Source of the DNA: a virus
Direction: 5' to 3' (one strand)
Length of the DNA: 64,000 nucleotides
IMG/VR virus record: IMGVR_UViG_3300037247_001239
Location: 10,579 to 74,578 of that record
The stretch's first letter is position 1. Each line of letters begins with the position of its first letter. Below are positions 1-8,263 of this stretch, in pieces. The notes below the pieces were generated by a model. It was given only the letters and a program-made list of their open reading frames with translations. It had not been told where the DNA came from and searched no databases. The position numbers and the translations under genes are program-made.

Positions 1-65
1 CGCCTGGCAACAGATGTCCGCGTTCGGCCGCCCGTTTTTCGTCCCCCCTCACAAGGAGCAATGTC

Positions 66-305
66 ATGTGTGACCCCCCTACCGTCACGCCATTGACTGG
101 CGAGCAGCTTTTGGCTCTCCGGTCAATGGACGACCCCGATATGTTCACCCGCGAAGAACTTTACGATCTGCGGAGACGGGCCCTTAGTCGGATCCACCCA
201 AGCCAAGATGATGGTTGGGCCCGAGCCTTTCAGCGCCTCGCCGACGCGGCCGACATCCTGGACGCCTTTTATGGTCGTTCATCGGTGCAAAAAGGTCCCG
301 CCTGA
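66..305 (+). CDS. hypothetical phage protein
   Basis: 79-aa ORF preceded by AAGGAG. Confidence 0.7.
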   Translation: MCDPPTVTPLTGEQLLALRSMDDPDMFTREELYDLRRRALSRIHPSQDDGWARAFQRLADAADILDAFYGRSSVQKGPA

Positions 306-312
306 TTGTTTC

Positions 313-341
313 TTGACTCGGCGGGCCGTATCGGCTAGGTT
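313..341 (+). promoter_or_regulatory. sigma70-type promoter TTGACT-N17-TAGGTT
   Basis: -35 at 313-318, -10 at 336-341, 17-bp spacer, just after the stop of ORF 66..305. Confidence 0.6.
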
Positions 342-347
342 GGCGAA

Positions 348-673
348 TGCCAGCCGCCTGGTCGACTCAAATACCGCCTCACCGAAGAGGCAGGGCCCAT
401 CCCGGAGGTCCGAGGGGGTCGCAACCTTTGATGCTACTCTGGTTGCCGGTCGCAAGACCGAGAGGCATCGCGCCAGGCCCGCCATCCGGCTGGAGACGTT
501 CCAGGAGCCCGCGACAACTGGCAAGAACCGAAGCTAGAGCGGAAAGTCCGCTTGGGCACCCGCATACGAAAGCGGCTCGGCATTCGGGTTGTCGCACCCA
601 TTGCCCACGACCAGGGCAGTACGTGGAAGGCTAGCGATGTAGCCACGTCAAAAATCCAGAACGGAGGCCCTGG
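348..673 (+). ncRNA. candidate structured ncRNA or long leader upstream of HNH gene
   Basis: Nested helices 350-356/487-493, 357-361/473-477, 376-380/387-391, 447-451/456-460 (GCAA loop), 511-518/588-595, 538-543/547-552, 602-606/614-618, 621-626/643-648; no credible ORF. Confidence 0.5.
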
Positions 674-685
674 GGGAATTGCAGC

Positions 686-1174
686 ATGGGTGCATACCAA
701 AAGCGCAACAGGCGATTGGAAAAGCTCGGTTACGAGTCCTATGAGGAGTATCTACAAAGCAACCTCTGGAATTCCATTCGCAGCCGCGTTATGACCCGAG
801 ACCAGCAGAAATGCCGCATTTGTGGAGGTCGGGCGTCGAATGTCCACCATTGGGGCTACCGCGAACCCACCCTGCTGGGGAAGTGCTTACTGGAGTTGTG
901 GGCACTCTGCCGCAAATGCCACCTGTTTATCGAGTTCGAGAAAAACGGCGAAAAAGCCAAATTTGGCAGTGCTCGTAGGCGACTGAAAATACTCTGCCGT
1001 CTAAAGGGATTGACATTTGACTCGGTCAACCCGCGGTGGGATGGAAAACCACCCCCTAAACGACGAAAACGGCGGCGATGCCAATTCTGCGGCATACGAA
1101 AGACCTTGGGCACGTTCCGCACTACAGAAAACCCTGTCTGCCGTAAATGTGAGAAGGAACTCGCAATAGTATAG
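686..1174 (+). CDS. HNH endonuclease with C-terminal Zn ribbon
   Basis: YEEYLQS..W..R, CRIC, VHH, LCRKCH; C-terminal CQFC..CRKC. Confidence 0.8.
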   Translation: MGAYQKRNRRLEKLGYESYEEYLQSNLWNSIRSRVMTRDQQKCRICGGRASNVHHWGYREPTLLGKCLLELWALCRKCHLFIEFEKNGEKAKFGSARRRLKILCRLKGLTFDSVNPRWDGKPPPKRRKRRRCQFCGIRKTLGTFRTTENPVCRKCEKELAIV

Positions 1175-1390
1175 CCACCCGGCGCCCAACCCCCATCTAC
1201 ACAAATCCTACACAATTGCAAATAGCAACCACTTACCAGCAAGCAACTTATCCCGTCGCACCGCTCCCCTGATGGTGACGTGCATAATGGGCGGGTGAAA
1301 ATCACGGCGGCGGCGTGGACAGTGACACGTGACACGACTCGGGTGTGCCCATGGTCAGTGCCGAGCAGTTCGCATGGGAGCCGGTGCAAT

Positions 1391-1608
1391 TCCGGCCCGC
1401 CGTGACCTTTGGATCTGTCCTATTTTTGGAAAGGGGGATTCTGATGGCATGGGATCAAACAGGTGATCTGAAGACTTGGGCGGCAGCCGACAGGGCCATG
1501 GCGGCGACCCAGGCAGCGCTCAGAGCCAGAGAGGAAGCCAAGCAGGCCGAATCCGAAAAGGGGCCGGTTGAGAAACCTGACGGCGGTGTCCGGCCCGCCG
1601 TGACCTTT
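1391..1608. repeat. 20-bp direct repeat TCCGGCCCGCCGTGACCTTT
   Basis: Identical copies at 1391-1410 and 1589-1608. Confidence 0.85.
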
Positions 1609-1633
1609 ACCCCCACCCATAAGGGGCGATCCG

Positions 1634-1822
1634 ATGGACCACCGAATAGTGACTGCCGCTCAATTGAAAGAAGGCTACTACGAAAAAGTCGGCCCAATAA
1701 TCGTCCATCGTGGTTTCAGACTCTTGGGGAGCAGGGAAGACGGGACATTCGCTGTAGAGGTGCCAGAAGCCCGTGAATCGTACGACTATTTTGACATGCG
1801 GTGCCCTCAGCCACGAGCATGA
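1634..1822 (+). CDS. hypothetical protein
   Basis: 62-aa ORF, AAGGGG upstream, ATGA coupling to next gene. Confidence 0.55.
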   Translation: MDHRIVTAAQLKEGYYEKVGPIIVHRGFRLLGSREDGTFAVEVPEARESYDYFDMRCPQPRA

Positions 1823-2139
1823 CCATGAACCGCCGAACCTCATTCAAGACCATGCTGGGCGCCATCGTCGCGGCACTCTGGCCCGCAAAGGCGACCGATA
1901 CCCAGGAGTGCCATGCTGCGTGTCACTCGTCTAAATGCCACGTCTGGGGGTACGTCTCGCCAGGGCACTTACGGGCTTGGCACTGCCCCCCAACGGTAAA
2001 TGTTGTCCTCTCGCAACGTACCCGGATCCCCTCGCGTGTCGGGAAGACCATGTTTCCGGAATGCCACGACTGTGACTTGAATGGAGGAACGATATTGTGC
2101 GTTCCGTGTGGTGACAGACGAGTATTCGACCAGACGTAG
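1819..2139 (+). CDS. small Cys-rich protein with twin-arginine-like leader
   Basis: MNRRTSFKTMLGAIVAALWPAKA; start overlaps upstream stop. Confidence 0.55.
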   Translation: MTMNRRTSFKTMLGAIVAALWPAKATDTQECHAACHSSKCHVWGYVSPGHLRAWHCPPTVNVVLSQRTRIPSRVGKTMFPECHDCDLNGGTILCVPCGDRRVFDQT

Positions 2140-2149
2140 GGAAGATTCC

Positions 2150-2374
2150 ATGGACCAGCACGCCAACCCCCAGCGCCGTAAGCCGCCCCTGCCCAGCGCC
2201 GAAGAATTGGGCCTGCCGCGACTGGTCGACCGCGACGGCATTCGCTGCCTGCCGGATGCACCTCAGTGGTGGGAGGAGTACCCGCCTGTCGGGGACGGCA
2301 TTGTCGAGTGTATTATCGATACCGAGGTGCGGCTGAAGAGGCCCGGCGCGGTGTTCTACCATGCCCATGAGTAA
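2150..2374 (+). CDS. hypothetical protein
   Basis: ATG at 2150 follows previous stop; tightly packed operon. Confidence 0.5.
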   Translation: MDQHANPQRRKPPLPSAEELGLPRLVDRDGIRCLPDAPQWWEEYPPVGDGIVECIIDTEVRLKRPGAVFYHAHE

Positions 2375-2543
2375 GTCCCAGCAGAAGAAAGCCCGGAAAC
2401 GTGAGGCCAAGCTGCTCTACCAGTTGGCCGAACTGCATCGGCGCCGGGCAGCGTGCAGCGTGTTTCTGGCCAGGCTGTACGAGGTGAAGGCCCGTAACGC
2501 TTTCGTAACGCCAGCAACGTTACAGAGGAGTGAGGATGCTTGA
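2361..2543 (+). CDS. small basic hypothetical protein
   Basis: Packed between neighbours. Confidence 0.5.
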   Translation: MPMSKSQQKKARKREAKLLYQLAELHRRRAACSVFLARLYEVKARNAFVTPATLQRSEDA

Positions 2544-2769
2544 CAGTGAACTACAGGCAGAATTAGGAAAGCGCATAGCCAGAACGGAGGCACTGTTGCG
2601 AATGTTCCGCCGCGACTCGGCCGCCGCCCATCGACGCCGCTGTGCCATCCACCAAGGCGTCCGGGAGACCGATACCCAGAACTGTCAGCACGACTGGGAC
2701 CCAGTAATGCAGTGGTGCAGACGCTGTGGGCTGGATAAGTTCGAGACCATGGAGAACCGCCATGCCTGA
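2530..2769 (+). CDS. hypothetical protein with CxH..CxxC motif
   Basis: CQHDW..WCRRCG; operon packing. Confidence 0.5.
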   Translation: MRMLDSELQAELGKRIARTEALLRMFRRDSAAAHRRRCAIHQGVRETDTQNCQHDWDPVMQWCRRCGLDKFETMENRHA

Positions 2770-3031
2770 TCACTCGCCCGAACCGTGGTTGATCTCAGCA
2801 TACGGGAGACACTTAGGTGGTCGACCGTGGACAGTTCTTTCTCACCCAACAGGTGGTGCCCAAGTTGTTGCCGGATGCGAGACAGAAAAAGACGCCAAAC
2901 GTATCGTCGCCTGCGTCAACGCCTGTAAAGAGATCTCGACCGACGCGTTGGAGAGCGTCGGCAAACCCATGGACGGCGGCACAGTCGGGCTTGCCCTCTG
3001 CTGGGCAAGTAAAGCATCTTACCCAACTTAA
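2762..3031 (+). CDS. phage 'HTPGPW'-type small protein
   Basis: HSPEPW..DAKRIVACVNAC, common phage family pattern. Confidence 0.65.
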   Translation: MPDHSPEPWLISAYGRHLGGRPWTVLSHPTGGAQVVAGCETEKDAKRIVACVNACKEISTDALESVGKPMDGGTVGLALCWASKASYPT

Positions 3032-3392
3032 CCAGCGGATGCACAGTGGATGTGGCATCGCACCCGGGGTAGGCCAGCCGCATCACCCCCAGTACGCCGG
3101 CCGGGGAAATTCACGAGCGATGGCACCCTGGCGGGCGGTGCTCAGAACAGGGTCGCACCCGGGGAGGTGAGGTCGACTGCGTGGGTGTAGCTACAATCAT
3201 GGGGGGAGCCGGGAGCGTGGGGGGGCAGGCCGGGGGTGCCTTCTACCAGCCTGGTTACATGGAGGCTACATGGAGAGGGCACGGTCGACCGATTGTGCGG
3301 CACCGTTCCGCAGTGCACATTCGAGGCTGAAATTGTCGTAACTCGTGAAGCCGAAACCACTTACGTCGCCTCACATCTGGGGGCCTTTCACC

Positions 3393-3574
3393 CCAAACGC
3401 TGGCCAAAACCCTGCCAAAGTCTGACCAAAGCTCGACCACTTCGCGGATGAGGTGGCGTCGCGCCGATCGCATTGACGGTCTGGCTTGGCGCTGCGCGAC
3501 GGTTTCGGCGAAGTCTTGTCGGTGGTTTGCTCAGGTTTTGGCGGGAGTTTGGCGGGTGCTCGGCGGTGGTTTGA
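3393..3574. repeat. opposed arrays of 11-bp-phased CCAAA / TTTGG-like pentamers
   Basis: CCAAA at 3393, 3404, 3415, 3426; TTTGG-like at 3504, 3515, 3526, 3537, 3548, 3559, 3570. Confidence 0.65.
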
Positions 3575-3766
3575 TCGCATCGGCGAAGGCGACTTCGGGC
3601 CGAGCATCGGCGCGTCGGCCGACTTGACTTCACCCACCGCGACGCCGGTCAGTTGCGGTCGATCACATCGGCCAGCTCGCCCTGCGATTTCTGGGGATCC
3701 TGATTTCTGGCCACTCCCAAAACAGCCAATCCAGAATTATTCTCGCCTTGTAACGTGTTGGCTTAT

Positions 3767-3790
3767 CTCGACTTACAACTCGACTTGCAA
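3767..3790. repeat. tandem 12-bp repeat CTCGACTTRCAA, possible operator
   Basis: 3767-3778 and 3779-3790, 10 bp upstream of the -35 box. Confidence 0.55.
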
Positions 3791-3800
3791 TAGCACAGTC

Positions 3801-3828
3801 TTGACACGTTTGGGATTGCCGATATGAT
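3801..3828 (+). promoter_or_regulatory. sigma70-type early promoter TTGACA-N16-TATGAT
   Basis: Perfect -35 and near-consensus -10, ahead of the cassette-like gene run. Confidence 0.75.
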
Positions 3829-3868
3829 ATCGGGCGAGTCGAAACCGAAACCCTATCGGAGTTGAATC

Positions 3869-4153
3869 ATGAAAATGCGAAGCGAAGACTTTGCAGCAAT
3901 GCGGGAGGCAATCGCAAATAGCTTCCCCCGGGAGTGCAAGACTCCAGGAAAGCGGCTGACCTTTGCGGAGTGGCGTTTGGAGTATTGTGCACGCGGACTA
4001 TCGGAGGAACGGTTCCGGTGGGATTGCTTGCACGCCTCCGGCTACAATACCCGCCCCCTCTATGCCTACCTGCATGACAGCCACATCGACACAGCGCTTA
4101 GGCGCATCATCGTACTACTAGCCAACGCCCCTCCTGCACTCCTGGAGGTCTAA
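3869..4153 (+). CDS. hypothetical early protein
   Basis: Motif-led start; RFRWD..YL.DSHIDTALR resembles a phage family. Confidence 0.75.
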   Translation: MKMRSEDFAAMREAIANSFPRECKTPGKRLTFAEWRLEYCARGLSEERFRWDCLHASGYNTRPLYAYLHDSHIDTALRRIIVLLANAPPALLEV

Positions 4154-4154
4154 C

Positions 4155-4364
4155 ATGCGTCGCCCCGCCCTCATCCCGTCCGCTTTGCGATCCGCCCGAG
4201 AAGACCGGGACTGGTCGCAGCAAACCTTAGCTGTGAAGCTCGGCATCACGGTGACCACGGTTTGCAGGTGGGAAACGGGCGTGAACGTGCCGAACCTACC
4301 CACCCTTCGCCGGGTTGCGAAGGCGCTCGGCGTTACCCTCAGTACCCTAGTCGAGGAGAGTTGA
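4155..4364 (+). CDS. XRE/Cro-family HTH regulator
   Basis: WSQQTLAVKLGITVTTVCRWETGVNVP. Confidence 0.9.
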   Translation: MRRPALIPSALRSAREDRDWSQQTLAVKLGITVTTVCRWETGVNVPNLPTLRRVAKALGVTLSTLVEES

Positions 4365-4368
4365 GACG

Positions 4369-4563
4369 ATGCCAGAATTACTGAAACTGTATGGCGGCGA
4401 GCCTGCCCCGCACACGGTTGAAAAATGCCCCAATACCGGCAAGCTCCTGTTCTGGCCACAATTGGACGGGCCGCACGGTGATGCCCACACCCTGTACTGC
4501 CAGCTCTGTGGCGTAGCCGTTCGGAAGGAGCCGTATCCAGAAGAGACGCGCACTCACCCCTAA
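4369..4563 (+). CDS. hypothetical protein
   Basis: Motif-led start. Confidence 0.7.
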   Translation: MPELLKLYGGEPAPHTVEKCPNTGKLLFWPQLDGPHGDAHTLYCQLCGVAVRKEPYPEETRTHP

Positions 4564-4638
4564 CCCCCCCCACTACAATGCCCCCGCGCTGCAGTAACAG
4601 CCGGGGGCGTGGCCCTCAACTGAGAAGGAGTTGAAAGC

Positions 4639-4824
4639 ATGTCTACTCTACCTTCCCCGCCCGCTCTGGGCAAGCCAATCCTCTGTTGCTGGTGTGATCG
4701 GCCCGCCAGCGCCGCCCCCGTGATCTATGCGGGCATGTCCCACCCGACGTGTCTCGACCACTCAATTCGCTACAACACCCTCCCGCCGCGGCCTCATAAG
4801 AACAGCAAAGGGGGTGCGGTATGA
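4639..4824 (+). CDS. small Zn-finger-like protein
   Basis: CCWC..CLDH; motif-led start. Confidence 0.65.
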   Translation: MSTLPSPPALGKPILCCWCDRPASAAPVIYAGMSHPTCLDHSIRYNTLPPRPHKNSKGGAV

Positions 4825-5384
4825 GAAGCATACGCCTAGAACCCCGCGACGTACCGGCCGTATTCCGCCGAGCTTTCCCGGAGTACAGGGGCCGCACGTT
4901 TGCAGTCGAGACCCGCAACGAAGTGGAGTTCTCCGACAACTACTGGTCCGGCGGTACAAAATACACCTATCGCGGCCTAGACCTGGCAACCGGGGAGGCG
5001 CACGACCCGTTGATCGGCAACGAATCGGGTGGCCACCCCTGCCAGCCAGCATCCCCTACCGTCAAGCTAGAACCGGGGAAAGCCATAGTCTGCCACAAGA
5101 TATTCTGCGGGAAGGATCACGGGCTCGTGTTCTATATCCACCCCGATAACCTCAGCAAACTGCTGCCGGCCCCGGCCGAACTACCGAACGACCAGCGGGC
5201 AGTATTGGAGGTGATTTGCAGTATCAAGGGCGGGCAGTATCGACGGGATGAATTCGACCGGGCCGGGCTGGGCGAGTACTCCGCCGAGCATCCCGGGATT
5301 GTGGCCCTGGCATCGGCCGGGCTGGTCAAGATCAACCGGGCGGGAGCCGTATCGGTCACCGTTGCCGGTCGCAACGCACGTTGA
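4821..5384 (+). CDS. hypothetical phage protein
   Basis: 187 aa, ATGA coupling. Confidence 0.75.
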   Translation: MRSIRLEPRDVPAVFRRAFPEYRGRTFAVETRNEVEFSDNYWSGGTKYTYRGLDLATGEAHDPLIGNESGGHPCQPASPTVKLEPGKAIVCHKIFCGKDHGLVFYIHPDNLSKLLPAPAELPNDQRAVLEVICSIKGGQYRRDEFDRAGLGEYSAEHPGIVALASAGLVKINRAGAVSVTVAGRNAR

Positions 5385-5471
5385 CGACCCCGCCCCCGCG
5401 CTCCCTGGCAACAGGGAGCCGGCGGGCTGGCCGTTGGAGCCAGCGTAACCCTAGCAAAGGAGAGTGAGACG

Positions 5472-5750
5472 ATGAGAACCATTCCCATGAGCCGCAAGCA
5501 TCAGGGACTGCATATCGAAGCACCCGGTTGCATCGTGAACATCCGGAACCTAAACGACAGTGAGGGCCAGCCTATAACCTTCATTGACGTAAACGCTGAC
5601 GGCGACCGATATTCGGGCGAGCCTGAATGGTGGTGTATAGATGCTGGTGCGATTCTGGGAGTCCGAGGGATCGGCATCCGCATCGTCCAAGGCATTGACA
5701 AGCCAACGGAAAGATACGTTCCACTAGACGAACGAGTACCCATACCCTAA
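5472..5750 (+). CDS. hypothetical protein
   Basis: Motif-led start. Confidence 0.7.
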   Translation: MRTIPMSRKHQGLHIEAPGCIVNIRNLNDSEGQPITFIDVNADGDRYSGEPEWWCIDAGAILGVRGIGIRIVQGIDKPTERYVPLDERVPIP

Positions 5751-5837
5751 ATACCCTTGACAACCCCCGGCCCCCGCGCCTCCCGGTGGCGGCGCGGCGC
5801 CGGTAGTTGTACCCTGACCCTAGAAGGAGTTGAGACT

Positions 5838-6059
5838 ATGAACATGCGAGATTTCATCCGCCAGAACCGGGCCGAGATTGACGTGGCGATCGACCGCGCG
5901 GTGGGCTTTGTCCCGCGCACGGCAAGCTGCGATTGCCCAAAGTCGGGCACAGACCACCACCACCAGCCAGAACAACGCAACGATAACGAGCGGCGGCAAT
6001 GGATATTGAACGATGAAGGTTTCTATAACTGGGCGCGGCGTGAGGGCGTCCCAATCTAG
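5838..6059 (+). CDS. hypothetical protein
   Basis: ATG at 5838 after GGAGTTGAGAC; ERRQWILNDEGFYNW. Confidence 0.75.
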   Translation: MNMRDFIRQNRAEIDVAIDRAVGFVPRTASCDCPKSGTDHHHQPEQRNDNERRQWILNDEGFYNWARREGVPI

Positions 6060-6108
6060 CCGCCCCGCCTCCCGGTAGTTGTTACCCTAACAGACTGGAG
6101 TTGAGACT

Positions 6109-6747
6109 ATGAACCTACCCGAAAAGTACCGCCCGCGCACCTGGCAGGATGTGGTGGGCCAAGAGAAGCTGGTCGCAGACCTTCAGCGGATCCGCGACAA
6201 CGGCGGGCTGGGCGGCAACGCCTACTGGCTCAGCGGCAAGAGCGGGACCGGCAAGACCACGATCGGCCGGCTGATTGCGGCAGAGGTGGCCGACGACTAT
6301 TGCACAGACTATCTCCACGCCCGGGAGTTGACCCCCGCGCTGTTGCGCGACATTGACCGGGCTATGGCTTACCGCGGCATTGGCCAGAAGGGCGGCCGGG
6401 CGTGGGTGGTTGACGAATGCCACCTGTTGACGGATCGGCAGGTGGGGGCGTTGTTGGACCTGACCGAACCGATACCGGATCATATCGTGTGGGTCTTCAC
6501 CACAACTACGGCGGGCCAGCTCAAATTCGACTGGCTTGACGACGCGGGCCCGCTCTTGTCCCGTTGCATCCGCCCCAAGATGGCCACAAACCTCGCCCAA
6601 CCTTTTGCCGAACGAGCACGGGAGATCGCCGTCTCCGAGGGCCTGGACGGGCGGCCGATCAGCTACTATGTGGAGCGCGTCAAGCAGAACCGAAACAACC
6701 TGCGCGCCGTGTTACAGGAAATCCAGCAGGGGAGAATGCGACCGTAG
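6109..6747 (+). CDS. clamp-loader-clade AAA+ ATPase (DnaX/RFC-like, short)
   Basis: EKYRP..WQDVVGQ, GKSGTGKTT, VVDECH, PLLSRC. Confidence 0.85.
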   Translation: MNLPEKYRPRTWQDVVGQEKLVADLQRIRDNGGLGGNAYWLSGKSGTGKTTIGRLIAAEVADDYCTDYLHARELTPALLRDIDRAMAYRGIGQKGGRAWVVDECHLLTDRQVGALLDLTEPIPDHIVWVFTTTTAGQLKFDWLDDAGPLLSRCIRPKMATNLAQPFAERAREIAVSEGLDGRPISYYVERVKQNRNNLRAVLQEIQQGRMRP

Positions 6748-6778
6748 CCCCGCCCGCAAGGGCACAACAAAAGGTGAG

Positions 6779-7141
6779 ATGATGGGAACCGACGAACCGC
6801 GCGACTTCATGCTGATGACGGCCCAGGAGCTAGCAGAGTACAGCGGCAAGGTCTATCAGGCCCGCTGCCAAGTGCGTGGGCGTGGCGGCAAGCTGCACCC
6901 CATCGACATCGAGGCGCCGACCGCAGAGCTACGAGAGGCTGGCGTAGCCAACACTCAGCGCGTCGGTCGCCTAGAGTCGCGCGAGGATACGACATACTGG
7001 CGCCAGCAGACCGGCCCCAAGTGGGCTCAGGCGTTCGGCGGGATCTCTGGCCGCTGTGCCACAAACCCCGAGGACGTACCCGACGAGATGATGACCGCCG
7101 AGACGTTTTGGCGGGATCATTCAAACAGCAACAGCGGATAG
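6779..7141 (+). CDS. hypothetical protein
   Basis: AAGGTGAG before ATG. Confidence 0.6.
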   Translation: MMGTDEPRDFMLMTAQELAEYSGKVYQARCQVRGRGGKLHPIDIEAPTAELREAGVANTQRVGRLESREDTTYWRQQTGPKWAQAFGGISGRCATNPEDVPDEMMTAETFWRDHSNSNSG

Positions 7142-7189
7142 CCATCCCGCCCAGCGCTTCGCCGGGCATAACCCCCAAGAGGTGAAAAG

Positions 7190-7465
7190 ATGTACGAATA
7201 CACTCCCGGACCGTGGGAAACCGTTGCCGGGCCAACCGATGGCGACCTCGCAGTCTGTGAGCCAGAGGGAGGCGACGAAATTGCTATAGTCACTAACGGA
7301 TCAATTTGTGACCGTGATTTAATCGCCGCCGCGCCTGAGTTGCTGGAAGCGTGCCAAGCTGCACTCCCAGCATTATCAGCCCATGAGCAAACGGGCTGCG
7401 ATTGTCCTGATAGCGATGCTGCCCGACTACTCCGCGCAGCCATTGCCAAAGTCGAGAACGCCTAA
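7190..7465 (+). CDS. phage 'HTPGPW..IAAAPELL' family protein
   Basis: YTPGPW..DLIAAAPELLEAC. Confidence 0.8.
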   Translation: MYEYTPGPWETVAGPTDGDLAVCEPEGGDEIAIVTNGSICDRDLIAAAPELLEACQAALPALSAHEQTGCDCPDSDAARLLRAAIAKVENA

Positions 7466-7556
7466 CACCCCGCCAGCGCCTCGCCGGGGTCGCGTCCGGC
7501 GGCGGGCCTTGCGTTTCGAGTTTACCATCACTACCCTAATGTGAGGAGTTGAGACC

Positions 7557-8021
7557 ATGAGTACCGTCGAAGACGTGTTCGGGCCCGTTATCAGCCGCTA
7601 CACCCGCCGAGAGGCGATCGAGGACGGGATTCTCGTACAGCTCAGCGGACCGGGCTGCACCATGGACCAGGAAATACAGGACATGGTGGCTGAGGCCGGC
7701 TTCAAGTGGCCTATGGCCATGACTACCACGGCATTCGTCGAGGTCGTAACGCCTATCGAGGGCGAGGGCAACGAGAAGCTGGCCCCCTGCCAGGACATCA
7801 TGGGCCGGCTGTGGGATGTGCTCTGGATGCTCAAGTGTGCCATCCGCTCGGCCCCAGGCGGAACCGAACTCCGCTTCGCCCTGTCTGTGGTGCCCAACGT
7901 GCCCGAGAGCTACAGCAAGGACCACCCGCCCAAGCCGAGGCAGGTGACGCTCAAACTCGTGTCGGGCCCGGGCGACAACGCAGAGCCCGTGCTGACGATC
8001 ATGCTGCCGGATGAGGACTGA
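7557..8021 (+). CDS. DUF6573-like protein
   Basis: YTRREAIEDG..GRLWDVLWM..GPGD..EPVLTIMLPDED. Confidence 0.8.
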   Translation: MSTVEDVFGPVISRYTRREAIEDGILVQLSGPGCTMDQEIQDMVAEAGFKWPMAMTTTAFVEVVTPIEGEGNEKLAPCQDIMGRLWDVLWMLKCAIRSAPGGTELRFALSVVPNVPESYSKDHPPKPRQVTLKLVSGPGDNAEPVLTIMLPDED

Positions 8022-8077
8022 ACCGCCCCGGCCCCGAGTGCTCCCGCTGGGGAGCACGTAACCCTGGAGTTGAGACG

Positions 8078-8218
8078 ATGGACCCAGTAGAACTCCTGGC
8101 AAACGCTGAGCACAACCTTGGCAGTGCCCTCAAAGTGCGACTATGGTCGTTTGTAGAAGTCGCCCGGGAGCAGTTGCAGGCCGCCATTAAGGAGCTTGAC
8201 GTTGACGAGAACGACTAA
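8078..8218 (+). CDS. 46-aa protein not in ORF track
   Basis: MDPVELLANAEHNLGSALKVRLWSFVEVAREQLQAAIKELDVDEND after a perfect start motif. Confidence 0.7.
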   Translation: MDPVELLANAEHNLGSALKVRLWSFVEVAREQLQAAIKELDVDEND

Positions 8219-8263
8219 CCGGGCCGCCGGGTTGCAGGCGGTGAACCAAATGGAGGTGAGACG

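Noticed and set aside
538-552. GGAAAGTCCG resembling the RNase P RNA P4 5' strand
   Set aside because: It forms a local hairpin and I found no matching 3' P4 strand.
348-1200. Group I or II intron carrying the HNH
   Set aside because: No P7 or domain V consensus seen and no interrupted host gene.
1268-1300. Hammerhead-like CTGATG..GAAA
   Set aside because: Core reads CTGATGG rather than CTGATGA and the stems are missing.
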